Shown here one piece after another: positions 37,273 to 46,861 of a stretch of 64,000 bases of DNA. The notes under the pieces were generated by a model that saw nothing but the letters and a program-made list of their open reading frames with translations, did no database searches and had not been told where the DNA came from. The DNA is from Oscillospiraceae bacterium (GTDB lineage: Bacteria; Bacillota; Clostridia; Oscillospirales; Oscillospiraceae). The stretch lies in the NCBI GenBank assembly GCA_017542425.1, contig JAFXXH010000017.1, positions 2,129-66,128 on the forward strand, read 5' to 3'. The translations under genes were made by a program, and so were the position numbers. The number at the start of each line of letters is the position of its first letter. The stretch's first letter is position 1.

Positions 37273-38151
37273 TCACTCGATGTTCTGCACCTGTTCGCGG
37301 ATCTTCTCGATCTCGCTTTTCAGCTCGATGACCAGGCGCGTCACGGCGCTGTCGGTGCATTTGGAGCCGATGGTGTTGGCCTCCCGGTTGAATTCCTGCA
37401 CGAGAAAGTCCATCTTTCGTCCGATGGGGGAGCCGGTTTCCAGCATCTCCCGCAGTTGGGCAATGTGGCTGCGCAGACGGACGGTCTCCTCGTCCACGGC
37501 CACCTTGTCCGCGAAGATGCCCGCTTCCAGCAAGATGCGCTGCTGGTCCACGCCCGTGGACTGGAGCACCTCGCACATCTTCTGGTAGAGCCGGGCGCGG
37601 TAGTCCGCCACGGTCTCCGGGGAGCGGCGCTCCACCTCCCCCACCAGGGTCTCGATGCGGTCCAGGCGGGCAGCGATGTCGTCCCGAAGCTTCTGTCCCT
37701 CCCGGACGCGCATGGCGTCGAAATCCGCCAGGGCGGTCTCGGCCAGCTCCGTCAGGGCGGAGAGCACCGCGTCGGCGTCCAGTTCCTTTTTCTCCAGGCG
37801 CAGCACCTCCGGCAGACGGCACAGGGCCGCCGCGCTGAGGCTGGCGTCCAGGGACAGTTCCTCCGCCACGGCGCGGACGGCCTCGGCGTAGCCCCGGGCC
37901 AGGCTTTGATTGACCCGGACCGCCAGGTCCTCCGCCTCCGCACTCTCCACCGTGACGAATACGTCCGCCTTGCCACGGCTCAGGTGCTGCTGCACCCGGC
38001 GCTTGACGGCGTCCTCGGCGAAGAGCAAACTCCGCGGGAGACGCACGGCGCAGTCGAAATAGCGGTTGTTGACGCTTTTCAGTTCCAGGCTGAGGCTCAG
38101 GCCGCCGCAGACGCCCTTGGCGCCGCCGTAGCCCGTCATGCTTTGGATCAT
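37273..38151 (-). CDS. yicC: YicC/YloC family endoribonuclease
   Basis: MIQSMTGYG N-terminus and a C-terminal EFNREANTIGSK ... EKIREQVQNIE. Confidence 0.93.
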   Translation of the reverse strand: MIQSMTGYGGAKGVCGGLSLSLELKSVNNRYFDCAVRLPRSLLFAEDAVKRRVQQHLSRGKADVFVTVESAEAEDLAVRVNQSLARGYAEAVRAVAEELSLDASLSAAALCRLPEVLRLEKKELDADAVLSALTELAETALADFDAMRVREGQKLRDDIAARLDRIETLVGEVERRSPETVADYRARLYQKMCEVLQSTGVDQQRILLEAGIFADKVAVDEETVRLRSHIAQLREMLETGSPIGRKMDFLVQEFNREANTIGSKCTDSAVTRLVIELKSEIEKIREQVQNIE

Positions 38152-39434
38152 CGTTCCCCCTCCTCTTCCGTCGCTTCGCTGAGGATCGCCACGATCTCAT
38201 AGTTGCCCACCGCGCCGACCTCGGACGCGCTGGCCCCGTTGATGGAGATCTGGACCGGGACGGTGAAGCGCCCGGTGGCGGTGCCGTAGTTTTTCAGGTC
38301 CGCCACGGCGCGGATGTTCAGATCGGAGAGCTGCTCCAGCACGGCGTGGCTGCCGCGGATCCGCACCTTGTCCAGGCTGTCCTCCGCCAGGGCCGTGTAG
38401 CCCTCGCTCACGTTGATGAAGCTGATGTTGCTCTTGTCGATGGTATAATAGGCGGTCTCCAGGTCCTGGAGTTCCAGCGTCAGGGTGGTCTCCCGGGCGC
38501 CCACGATCAGTTCCGTGTCGTTGGGCAGTTCCACCCGGTAGGTCTCCTGCATGGCGTCCTCCACCTGAGCCAGCTCGATGCGGGCCACGGTGATGCTGTT
38601 CACGCCGCTGAGCACCTCCGCGTCGCCCAGGAGGGTGATGCTGCCCGGCTCCAGGGACCAGCGGACGTTTTTCTCCGTCGCGCCGCCGCCCGGCACCAGC
38701 TCCACGGTCAGGTAGACCTCCTTCACCGCCCGGACGGGCAGGGTCACGTTGACCTGCTCGGTGTTGAAGCTCAGCGCGTCGCTTTCCACCTCGTTGCCCT
38801 CCGCGTCCAGCAGGACGAAGGTGCTGTCAAAGCTCAGCGTGCGGTCCACGTCCGTGCGGTTGACCTCCACATAGGCCGCGTCCACGGTGTCCAGCACCTT
38901 GCCCGGCCCGTAGACGATCACCGTGGAGGGCGAGAAGCTGAGCGGGTCGGCGCTGTAGCCCTCCGCCGTGCTGCCGTTGAAGACCCCGCGCACTTCCAGC
39001 GTCTTTTTGTCCAGTTTGTCCACATAGAAGCTGACGCTGTCCGGGTCGATAACGATGCTGGCGATGGCGCTGGTGTCGGTCCGGCTGGGGAAGCTGATGG
39101 TGGGGGACAGTTGATAGTTGCCCGTCCGGGTGATGCGGCTCAGGTCGATGACGGCGCTCAGGTCCGCGCTGCTCAGCGCCGACAGCGCCCGGCGGCTGCC
39201 GGTCAGCGTCACCTTCACGGAGGTGGTGCTGTCGTCGGAGACGATCATCTCGCGGGTGTCGCGCATGGTGCTCTCCCCGTCAAAGCGCACCTGGACGCCG
39301 GGGAAGCTGCGCTCGATGTTCTCCCCCTCCGACTCGGTGACGTAGACCCACAGCAGCAGGGAGGCCAGCAGGGAGATCGCCATCCATAGGACACTTCTCC
39401 ATTTGGAAGTTTTTACCGTTTCCTGTTTCTTCAT
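38148..39434 (-). CDS. cdaR: YbbR-domain protein, CdaA regulator
   Basis: N-terminal TM helix followed by four repeated YbbR-like beta-rich modules. It is coupled (4-nt overlap) to the cdaA stop. Confidence 0.85.
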   Translation of the reverse strand: MKKQETVKTSKWRSVLWMAISLLASLLLWVYVTESEGENIERSFPGVQVRFDGESTMRDTREMIVSDDSTTSVKVTLTGSRRALSALSSADLSAVIDLSRITRTGNYQLSPTISFPSRTDTSAIASIVIDPDSVSFYVDKLDKKTLEVRGVFNGSTAEGYSADPLSFSPSTVIVYGPGKVLDTVDAAYVEVNRTDVDRTLSFDSTFVLLDAEGNEVESDALSFNTEQVNVTLPVRAVKEVYLTVELVPGGGATEKNVRWSLEPGSITLLGDAEVLSGVNSITVARIELAQVEDAMQETYRVELPNDTELIVGARETTLTLELQDLETAYYTIDKSNISFINVSEGYTALAEDSLDKVRIRGSHAVLEQLSDLNIRAVADLKNYGTATGRFTVPVQISINGASASEVGAVGNYEIVAILSEATEEEGER

Positions 39435-40291
39435 TCTTTTCTGCCTCGCATCATGCGCAGAAGGTTCCAGCTCCGGCGCGTCTCATCCGCCTCTGGGAGC
39501 AGTTCCCGGTGCAGAATGGCCTCCACCGTCTCCGGGGAGAGGTGGCGCTTGAGCATCCCGTCTATGGCCACGGAGACCGCGCCGGTCTCCTCGGAGACGA
39601 TGACCACCACCGCGTCGCTCTGCTCGCTCATGCCGATGCCGGCCCGGTGGCGCATGCCCAGCTCCTTACTCAGATTGTTGTTGGAGGACATGGGCAGCAT
39701 ACAGCCCGCCGCGGCGATGCGCCCGTCTTTGACGATCACCGCCCCGTCGTGCAGCGGCGCTTTCACAAAGAAGATGTTTTTCAGCAGCTCCGCCGTCACC
39801 TCCGCGTCCAGCACCGTGCCGGTGCTGATGGGCTCGCCCAGCTGGTTGTCCCGCTCGAAGACGATCAGCGCCCCGGTCCGGCTGCGGCTCATGTCGGCGC
39901 AGGCCAGCACCGTCTGGGTGATGACGGCCTCGGTGTGCAGGCTGGAGAACTCGCTGGAGAACAGGCCCCGCGTCAGGCGGCGGCTGCCCACCTTCTCCAG
40001 CGCCCGGCGCAGCTCCGGCTGGAAGATGATGAGCAGGGCGATCAGGCCCAGCTCCACCGCACGGCGCAGCAGGAAGTTCAGCATGGTCAGCCGCAGCACG
40101 CCGGACAGCCAGAGGATCAGCAGCAGCACCAGGATGCCCCGGGTCACGCGGATGGCGTTGGTGCGCCGGGTGAGGCGGATAAACTGGAAAATGAGAACCG
40201 CCACGATGAGAATGTCAAAGGCGTCCGCCACGCCGATGGTCGTATGGATATAATTGAAAAACTGTTTGATGGACTCGGTCACTGTACTCAT
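39431..40291 (-). CDS. cdaA: diadenylate cyclase (membrane-bound, DisA_N/DAC domain)
   Basis: Three N-terminal TM helices, then TGALIVFERD, DGAVIV and RHRAGIGMSEQSDAVVVIVSEETG. Confidence 0.95.
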   Translation of the reverse strand: MSTVTESIKQFFNYIHTTIGVADAFDILIVAVLIFQFIRLTRRTNAIRVTRGILVLLLILWLSGVLRLTMLNFLLRRAVELGLIALLIIFQPELRRALEKVGSRRLTRGLFSSEFSSLHTEAVITQTVLACADMSRSRTGALIVFERDNQLGEPISTGTVLDAEVTAELLKNIFFVKAPLHDGAVIVKDGRIAAAGCMLPMSSNNNLSKELGMRHRAGIGMSEQSDAVVVIVSEETGAVSVAIDGMLKRHLSPETVEAILHRELLPEADETRRSWNLLRMMRGRKE

Positions 40292-40344
40292 AGGACACCT
40301 TCTCGGTATGTATCGCTTCGTTACGGGAAAACGGTTTACAGGAT

Positions 40345-40373
40345 ATTATAATATAAATCTCCGCCCATGGCAA
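40345..40373 (-). promoter_or_regulatory. sigma-A type promoter of cdaA-cdaR
   Basis: Minus strand reads TTGCCA-17 nt-TATAAT, about 55 nt upstream of cdaA. Confidence 0.5.
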
Positions 40374-40391
40374 TTGGATTTCGGGCCGGGT

Positions 40392-41513
40392 TCAGGCTTT
40401 TTTCAGGATTTTTTCACAGATCTCCGCCGCCCGCGCCATTTGCAGGCGGCTGTTGAAGGGCGAGGTGGAAAAGCGCACGGTGCCCCGCTCCACGGTGCCC
40501 GCCGTCAGGTGGGCCAGGGGCGCGCAGTGAAGCCCGCTGCGGACGGCAACGCCCGCCTCGGCAAGCGCCTGGGCGAAGAGGTCGCAGTCCATGGCCAGGG
40601 GCTGCACGGAGAGGACGCCGGTCTGCAATGCCTCCGAAGCGGAGTCGAAGAGCCGCAGACGCCCGGAAGCCGCCAAAGGCTCCGCCAGGGCCCGCAGACG
40701 CGCCCACTCGGCGGTCCGGACCACCTCCGTCCCGTTGGCCAGAAGCCAGTCCAGCGCGGCGCTGAGGCCCGCCACGCCGCAGACGTTGGGGGTCCCGGCC
40801 TCCAGGCGGTCGGGCAGATAGTCCGGCATATCCTGGGCGCGGCTGTCGGAACCGCTCCCGCCATATAACAGCGGCCTTGCATCATTTTTACATAACAGCA
40901 GCCCGGTGCCCTGGGGGCCCATCAGACCCTTGTGCCCCGGCATGGCGACGAAGTCCGCGCCCAGGGCCTCGAAGTCCAGGGGCAGCACCCCGGCGGACTG
41001 GGAGGCGTCCACAATCAGGGGCTTGCCCTGGACCCGGCACAGGGCGGCCAGTTCCCGGACGGGCAGGATGTAGCCGAAGACGTTGGAAACCTGGGTGCAG
41101 ACCACGGCGTCCGCCCGCCCGATGCGCGCCTCCGCCTCCCGCAGAAAGGCCTCTGGCTGATAAAGGGGCGTGTTCACCACACTGAGCCGGGCGCGCAGGG
41201 CGTGGAGCGGGCGGGTCACGGCGTTGTGCTCGTAGCCGGAGATCAGCACCCGGGCGCCGGGGCGGACCAGGGAGCGGATGGCAATGTTCAGGCCGTGGGT
41301 GGCGTTGAAGGTCAGCACCACCCGCTCCGGCTCGGCAACGTGGAACAGGTTCGCGGCCTTCTCCCGGCAGCGATAGCAGCACGCCGCCGCCTCCATGGCC
41401 GGGACATGGCCGCCCCGGCCCGGGGAGGCCATGTGGCCCATGGCCCGCAGCACCGCCGGGGCCACGGTCTCCGGCTTCAGAAGGCTGGTGGCGGCCGTGT
41501 CCAGGTAGATCAT
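40392..41513 (-). CDS. class V aminotransferase-fold cysteine desulfurase family protein
   Basis: MIYLDTAATS start, PLP-Lys context MPGHKGLMGPQG, and a catalytic-loop RSGLHCAP. The 77-codon extension in the track overlaps the upstream gene and is R/P/G-rich. Confidence 0.9.
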   Translation of the reverse strand: MIYLDTAATSLLKPETVAPAVLRAMGHMASPGRGGHVPAMEAAACCYRCREKAANLFHVAEPERVVLTFNATHGLNIAIRSLVRPGARVLISGYEHNAVTRPLHALRARLSVVNTPLYQPEAFLREAEARIGRADAVVCTQVSNVFGYILPVRELAALCRVQGKPLIVDASQSAGVLPLDFEALGADFVAMPGHKGLMGPQGTGLLLCKNDARPLLYGGSGSDSRAQDMPDYLPDRLEAGTPNVCGVAGLSAALDWLLANGTEVVRTAEWARLRALAEPLAASGRLRLFDSASEALQTGVLSVQPLAMDCDLFAQALAEAGVAVRSGLHCAPLAHLTAGTVERGTVRFSTSPFNSRLQMARAAEICEKILKKA

Positions 41514-41767
41514 TGCGGTACCTCCTCCAGCGCCCCGTTTGGCAGGACGCGGAACAGCTTGCCGCACGCGATGTTCTCCCGCCGGAGTACCTCCCTGGCC
41601 GCCGCCAGGTTCCGCTCGCCGATCTTCACGCCGTAGGCGCAGCCGCCGGGGTTGGCGCGCTGGGGCGCTTTCGTCACCGAGGCGAAGACGCCGGCGCTCT
41701 GGAGCGCGGCGGCGGCCCGCTGGGTGCGGGTCAGGGAGCGGCACAGGATGATGATATGACTGTTCAA
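41510..41767 (-). CDS. DUF3343 protein (putative Se/S carrier-like)
   Basis: 85 aa. IIILCRSLTRTQRAAAALQSAGVFASVTKAP...GCAYGVKI matches the DUF3343 pattern. It overlaps the desulfurase start by 4 nt. Confidence 0.75.
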   Translation of the reverse strand: MNSHIIILCRSLTRTQRAAAALQSAGVFASVTKAPQRANPGGCAYGVKIGERNLAAAREVLRRENIACGKLFRVLPNGALEEVPQ

Positions 41768-41788
41768 GGGGTTTTCTCTCCTTTCGAT

Positions 41789-41832
41789 GAAAAAAGCGGA
41801 GTACGGCCAGATCTCTCTGGTGTACTCCGCTT
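41789..41832 (-). terminator. rho-independent terminator after ispF
   Basis: Minus strand reads AAGCGGAGTAC-loop-GTACTCCGCTT followed by TTTTTCATCG. Confidence 0.75.
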
Positions 41833-41904
41833 GCAGTTTGTCGGAAATCCGGGCGGCGATGCGCCCGCGCTGTATTCTATGCCGCCGGGCCGCCGGCTGT
41901 ACCC

Positions 41905-42372
41905 TCAGTGCAGCAGGCAGACCGCGTGGGCCGCGATGCCCGCTCCGCTGCCGGTGAAGCCCAGGCCCTCCTCCGTGGTGGCCTTGACGCTGACGCGGCC
42001 CTCGTCCAGCCCCAGCGCCCCGGCCAGGCGGCGGCGCATCTCCGGGATGTGGGGGGCCAGTTTGGGAGCCTGGGCCAGCACGGTGCAGTCCACGTTCTCC
42101 ACCGCGAAGCCCGCTTCCCGCAGCAGCGCGGCCACGCGGCGCAGCAGCTCCACGCTGTCCGCGCCCGTGTATGCCGGGTCGGAGTCCGGGAACAGCTTCC
42201 CGATGTCCCCCAGGGCCGCCGCCCCCAGCAGGGCGTCCATCAGCGCGTGGGTCAGCACGTCCGCGTCCGAGTGGCCCAGCAGCCCCCGCTCCCAGGGGAT
42301 CTCCACCCCGCCCAGGATCAGACGCCGCCCGGGCACCAGGCGGTGTACGTCATAGCCGTGCCCGATCCTCAT
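41905..42372 (-). CDS. ispF: 2-C-methyl-D-erythritol 2,4-cyclodiphosphate synthase
   Basis: [12 protein letters not shown] ... [19 protein letters not shown] ... [12 protein letters not shown]. The 383-aa track ORF is an out-of-frame extension across ispD. Confidence 0.96.
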   Translation of the reverse strand: MRIGHGYDVHRLVPGRRLILGGVEIPWERGLLGHSDADVLTHALMDALLGAAALGDIGKLFPDSDPAYTGADSVELLRRVAALLREAGFAVENVDCTVLAQAPKLAPHIPEMRRRLAGALGLDEGRVSVKATTEEGLGFTGSGAGIAAHAVCLLH

Positions 42373-43100
42373 GCCTGGCTCCCCTCCTTCCGGCTGTTCC
42401 AGATGGCCTCCGCCAGCAGCAGGTCCTGGGGAGTGGTGAGCTTGATGTTCTGCTCGTCCCCCTCCGTCAGGTGGACGACGCCGCCGATGGCCTCCACCGC
42501 CGCACAGTCGTCGGAGTAGACCGTGCCGCTGTCCACGGCCTGCTGCAAAGCGGCGCGGATCAGTTCGGCCCGGAAAACCTGGGGAGTCTGGATGGCGAAG
42601 AGGCTTTCCCGGTCCGGGGTCTCCTGCACCACGCCGTCCCGGGCGCGCTTGAGGGTGTCCTTCACCGGGATGGCCGGGGCCGCCGCCAGGTGCAATGCCG
42701 CGCCGCGCACCGCCGCCGCGATGACGTGCTGCGTCACGAAGGGGCGGGCCCCGTCGTGGATGCAGATCAGATTCGCCTTGGGGGAGACGGCCATGACGCC
42801 CCGGTAGGCCGACTCCGTGCGGGTGGCCCCGCCGAAGACGACGCGCCGGAGCTTCGTCAGCCGGTAGCCCAGGCGCAGCTTCTCCGCCGCCTCCACGCGC
42901 TCCGGCGTGGTGACCAGAACGATCTCGGCGATGTCGGGGCTTTGCTCCAGGGCCAGCAGACTCAGGGCCAGCACCGGACGCCCCCCCACGGGCAGCATGA
43001 GCTTGTCCTGGCCCATGCGCTGGCTGCTCCCGGCGGCCACCACCACGGCGCTGCAAAAGCCGTCCTGAAGACGGCGGATGGAATTGCTCAGTTTTGACAT
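42369..43100 (-). CDS. ispD: 2-C-methyl-D-erythritol 4-phosphate cytidylyltransferase
   Basis: [20 protein letters not shown] and IHDGARPF motifs. It overlaps ispF by 4 nt. Confidence 0.95.
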   Translation of the reverse strand: MSKLSNSIRRLQDGFCSAVVVAAGSSQRMGQDKLMLPVGGRPVLALSLLALEQSPDIAEIVLVTTPERVEAAEKLRLGYRLTKLRRVVFGGATRTESAYRGVMAVSPKANLICIHDGARPFVTQHVIAAAVRGAALHLAAAPAIPVKDTLKRARDGVVQETPDRESLFAIQTPQVFRAELIRAALQQAVDSGTVYSDDCAAVEAIGGVVHLTEGDEQNIKLTTPQDLLLAEAIWNSRKEGSQA

Positions 43101-43167
43101 GATAAAAAATCTCCTGAAAGAATCGGACGCCCTGTCTGCACAGGGCGTCGGAGCGCCTGGGTAGCGC

Positions 43168-43647
43168 TCAGTCCAGCGCTGCGTACAGTCGGCGCTCCAC
43201 GTCCTCATAGGGCGCGTCCAGCGCCAGCATCATCTCGCTCAGGAGGATCTGCTTGGCGGAGTGGAGCATCTTTCGCTCCCCGTTGCTCAGTCCGGTCCTG
43301 CGCTCGCGCAGCACCAGGGATTTGACGACCAGCGCGGTTTTCATCAGGTCGCCGCTCTTGAGCTGGAGCATATTGTCCCGATAACGCCGGTTCCAGTTGG
43401 CTTCCTCCTGCACGGTGAGCTCCGGCAAAGCCCGGAACACCGCCTCCGCCTCCGCCGCGCCGATGATGGGGCGGACGCCGATCTGTTCGCAGGCGTCCAC
43501 CGGGATCAGCACCTTCATATCCCCACGGGAGACGTACAGCACATAGTATTCCCTGTTCTGGCCCTCCACCCGTTTCCGCTCGATCTCGCGGATCTCGCCC
43601 GCCCCGTGCAGCGGGTGGGCGATCCTGTCGCCGAGTTGGTAGATCAT
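43168..43647 (-). CDS. carD: CarD/CdnL family RNA-polymerase-binding transcription factor
   Basis: MIYQLGDRIAHPLHGAGEIREIERKRVEGQNREYYVL is the CarD_TRCF-like N-terminal domain. The start was trimmed from the 231-aa track ORF. Confidence 0.92.
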   Translation of the reverse strand: MIYQLGDRIAHPLHGAGEIREIERKRVEGQNREYYVLYVSRGDMKVLIPVDACEQIGVRPIIGAAEAEAVFRALPELTVQEEANWNRRYRDNMLQLKSGDLMKTALVVKSLVLRERRTGLSNGERKMLHSAKQILLSEMMLALDAPYEDVERRLYAALD

Positions 43648-43713
43648 CCCTCTCAACCTTTCTGTCGTCTGTACAGGCTTGTAAACTTCGGCGCGTTTCT
43701 TTCTTATAATATA

Positions 43714-43742
43714 ATTGTAACAGATTCTCGCCGATCCTGCAA
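43714..43742 (-). promoter_or_regulatory. sigma-A type promoter of carD-ispD-ispF
   Basis: Minus strand reads TTGCAG-17 nt-TACAAT, about 67 nt upstream of carD. Confidence 0.5.
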
Positions 43743-43972
43743 GAAAAAAATGCAGCCTTTGCTTCAAAAAGTTCCGGTCGAGCGGGAAAAATGCCGGGCT
43801 TCTGCGCGGAAGTGGGGATGAGTATGGGAAATAACAGGCAGGTTCAGGCTTGCGTGGGTTCACGGCGGAAATGACGGCGTTGCTTCATAAGTTTGTAAAT
43901 TGTCAATCTATCAGGTTTTTCCCGGAGGATATCAAACGCCCCGCCGTATGGCGGGGCGCTTTTGGAAGGAGC

Positions 43973-46153
43973 TCAGTCCTCGTACTCGGTGATCTCGGGG
44001 ACGAAGCCGCTGCTCTTGCCGGTCTCGCTGATCTCATAGACCAGGGCGTCGGCGCGGGCTCTGGGCTTGTCCTCCCGCTCGGGGCGGCTGCGGCGCTCGG
44101 GGGCGGGGGCCGGCTCGCTCAGGGCGCGGATGCTCAGGGAGACCTTGTGCTTGTCCTCGTCGATGGCGGTGATCTTCACATCGACGATGTCGCCCACGCT
44201 CAGCACCTCGTCGGGCTTGCCGATGCGGCGGTTGGCGATCTGGGAGATGTGGATCAGGCCGTCCACGCCGGGGACGATCTCGGCGAAGGCGCCGAAGGTC
44301 ATCAGCTTGACGATGCGGACGGAGGCCACGTCGCCCACCTGATACTGGCTCATGAAACGCTCCCAGGGGTTCTCGTTGGGATCCTTGTAGCCCAGGGAGA
44401 TCTTGCGGCTGGCGCGGTCGAAGTTGATGACGTAGACGTCCAGCTCGTCGCCGACGGCGACCACGTCCGCAGGCTTGTTGATGCGCTTCCAGCTCAGCTC
44501 GGAGACGTGCACCATGCCGTCCACGCCGCCGATGTCCACAAAGGCGCCGTAGCTGGTCAGGCTCTTCACGGTGCCGTGATAGCGCTTGCCCACTTCGATC
44601 TCGTCCCAGATGCGGGTGATGGCCTCGTGCCGGGCGCGGGCAGCCACCTTGCGGATGGAGCCGACGATGCGGCGGCGGGGCTTGTTGACCTCGGTGATGT
44701 ACAGCTGGACCTTCTGGCGAAGGAGCTGGCTCATCTCCGCGTCACGGGGCAGTCCGGACTGGGAGGCGGGCACGAAGACGCGCAGACCTTTGACCTTGAC
44801 CACGATGCCGCCCTTGTTCTCCTCGGTCACGACGCCTTCCACGATGGTTTCGTTCTCGCAGGCAGCTTCCACGTCTTCCCAGTTCTTGACGGCGTCCAGG
44901 CGGCGCTTGGACAGCATGACGGTGCCCTCCACGTCGTTGACGCGGACCACACTGGCCTCGACGGTGTCGCCGATGTGGATCAGGTCCTCCACACTGGTGC
45001 CGTTGTCGTCCAGGAACTCCTCCACGGGAATGTAGCCGGAGTGCTTGGTGCCCAGATCCACCGTGACCTCGGTGGGGGTGATCGCCGCGACGATCCCCTT
45101 TACGACCTCGCCGTTGTATATGGTTTTAATGGAATCCTCCAAAAGCTCGGCGAAGCTCTTTTCACCCTCTGCGGCGGGCGCTTCCGCCTTTTCCTCTGCG
45201 GCGGGAGCCTCAGCCTGGGGCGCTTCGATCTTCTCGACTGCGGCTTCGGCGGGGGCCGGAGCAGCCTCAACCGTGGTGGCTTCCGTGGTTTCGATCGTGT
45301 CTCTGATTTCGTCCATCTTTCGTGTTACCTCCTTCAAAATCCGCGCAGGGACGCTCGCCCCGGCGGTGATACCTATGGTATCAAATGCCTTCAGCGCAGC
45401 CGTGTCCAGCTCTTCCGCGTTGGCCAGGAACAGCACATGGGCACAGCGCTGCGCACACAAATCCGCCAGATGGCGGCTGTTGGCACTGTTTTTTCCGCCG
45501 ATGACGACCATGGCGTCGCAACGGGACGCAAGTTCCAACGCTTCTTTCTGCCTGATCTGCGTAGCGCTACATATTGTATCAAAGATTTCGCAGTTTGTAC
45601 ACCGTTTTTTTGCGATTTCCTTCGATTTTTTTAAATTGGCCTGGGTCTCCGTGCTTTGGAACAGCAGACGGAGGGGAGAAGCGGCCAATTGGGGGTCATT
45701 TTGGAGCAAATTGTCCAGTTCTTCGGTGTTTCGCACCGTCACCGTGTCGCGGCACCAGCCGCAGACGCCCCGCACCTCCGGGTGTTCCGGGTCGCCGAAG
45801 ACGATGAGCTTCCGGCCCCGTTCCTCCGCTTCCCGCGCCAGGCGGTGGATGTGGGCCACGCGGCCGCAGGTGGCGTCGAAGACCTCCGCGCCCTTGCGCC
45901 GCAGCGCCTCGTAGACCGCAGGACCCTCCCCGTGGGCGCGCAGCAGCACCGCCGCCCCGTCGGGGATTTCGTCCACGCTGTCCACCGTGACCATGCCCAG
46001 CGTCTCCAGCCGGGCGATCTCCGCCTCGTTGTGCAGCAGCTTGCCCAGACAGTAGACCCGACCCTTCTGCGCCAGGGCCGATTCCGCCATGTTCACCGCC
46101 CTTGCCACGCCGCCGCAGAAGCCCCCGGCGGAACCGGTCAGGACCGTCTTCAC
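43973..46153 (-). CDS. ispH: bifunctional 4-hydroxy-3-methylbut-2-enyl diphosphate reductase / ribosomal protein S1-like (four S1 domains)
   Basis: The N-terminal ~285 aa are IspH-like (GFCGGVARAV, LLHNE, ICSATQIRQ). Then comes a Glu/Ala-rich linker. Repeated S1 modules follow (GEVVKGIV..., GTVKSLTSYGAFVDIGG..DGMVHVSELS, VASVRIVKLMTFGAFAEI..DGLIHISQI). Confidence 0.93.
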   Translation of the reverse strand: MKTVLTGSAGGFCGGVARAVNMAESALAQKGRVYCLGKLLHNEAEIARLETLGMVTVDSVDEIPDGAAVLLRAHGEGPAVYEALRRKGAEVFDATCGRVAHIHRLAREAEERGRKLIVFGDPEHPEVRGVCGWCRDTVTVRNTEELDNLLQNDPQLAASPLRLLFQSTETQANLKKSKEIAKKRCTNCEIFDTICSATQIRQKEALELASRCDAMVVIGGKNSANSRHLADLCAQRCAHVLFLANAEELDTAALKAFDTIGITAGASVPARILKEVTRKMDEIRDTIETTEATTVEAAPAPAEAAVEKIEAPQAEAPAAEEKAEAPAAEGEKSFAELLEDSIKTIYNGEVVKGIVAAITPTEVTVDLGTKHSGYIPVEEFLDDNGTSVEDLIHIGDTVEASVVRVNDVEGTVMLSKRRLDAVKNWEDVEAACENETIVEGVVTEENKGGIVVKVKGLRVFVPASQSGLPRDAEMSQLLRQKVQLYITEVNKPRRRIVGSIRKVAARARHEAITRIWDEIEVGKRYHGTVKSLTSYGAFVDIGGVDGMVHVSELSWKRINKPADVVAVGDELDVYVINFDRASRKISLGYKDPNENPWERFMSQYQVGDVASVRIVKLMTFGAFAEIVPGVDGLIHISQIANRRIGKPDEVLSVGDIVDVKITAIDEDKHKVSLSIRALSEPAPAPERRSRPEREDKPRARADALVYEISETGKSSGFVPEITEYED

Positions 46154-46836
46154 CGCTCCATCGCCTCCCGGATCAGGCCGCAGAGGGCCTCCACGCTCTG
46201 CTCCAAACTCAGCTCGCTGGTGTCCAAAAACACCGCGTCCTCCGCCGGGCGCAGGGGCGCGGCGGCGCGCCGGGTGTCCTGCTGATCCCGGTACGCAATG
46301 TCCCGCCGCACTTCCTCCGGGTCGGTCTCGATCCCCTTCTCCCGCAGCTCCAGCCAGCGGCGGCGGGCCCGGGCGGCGGCGGAAGCGGTCAGGAAGACCT
46401 TCAGCTCCGCGTCCGGCAGCACCACCGTGCCGATGTCGCGCCCGTCCATGACCACGCTGTGGCGGCGGGCCAGGTCCCGCTGCATCTCCATCAGAAAGGC
46501 GCGGACCTCCGGGTGGGCGGACACGTCGGAGGCATAGAGAGAGATCTCGGGTCTTCGGATGGCCTCGGACACGTCCTCCCCGTCCAGCAGCATCCGCTGG
46601 ACGCCGCGCTCATCGTAGGCCATGTCAATGCGCAAGCCGGGCAGCAGTTCCATCACCGCCGCCGTGTCCTTGGGGTCTATGCCCGCCCGGCAGGCGGCCA
46701 GGCCCACGCTGCGGTAGATGGCCCCGGTGTCCACATAGAGAAAGCCGAAGCGCCGCGCCGCGGCCCGGGCCAGGGTGCTTTTTCCGGCGGCGGAAGGGCC
46801 GTCCAGCGCCACGGCCATGTGTCTGGTCTGTTCCAT
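46150..46836 (-). CDS. cmk: cytidylate kinase
   Basis: VALDGPSAAGKSTLAR P-loop and DGRDIGTVVLPDA. Confidence 0.96.
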   Translation of the reverse strand: MEQTRHMAVALDGPSAAGKSTLARAAARRFGFLYVDTGAIYRSVGLAACRAGIDPKDTAAVMELLPGLRIDMAYDERGVQRMLLDGEDVSEAIRRPEISLYASDVSAHPEVRAFLMEMQRDLARRHSVVMDGRDIGTVVLPDAELKVFLTASAAARARRRWLELREKGIETDPEEVRRDIAYRDQQDTRRAAAPLRPAEDAVFLDTSELSLEQSVEALCGLIREAMER

Positions 46837-46861
46837 ATCGTCCTCCGAATCGGTGTGTTTT

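Noticed and set aside
41905-43056. 383-aa minus-strand ORF
   Set aside because: Only the last 155 codons (from [10 protein letters not shown]) are IspF. The upstream part is an R/G/P-rich alternative frame across ispD.
43648-43863. 72-codon N-terminal extension of the carD ORF
   Set aside because: The extension contains the TTGCAG-17-TACAAT promoter and has no RBS. CarD proteins start at MIYQLGD-like sequences.
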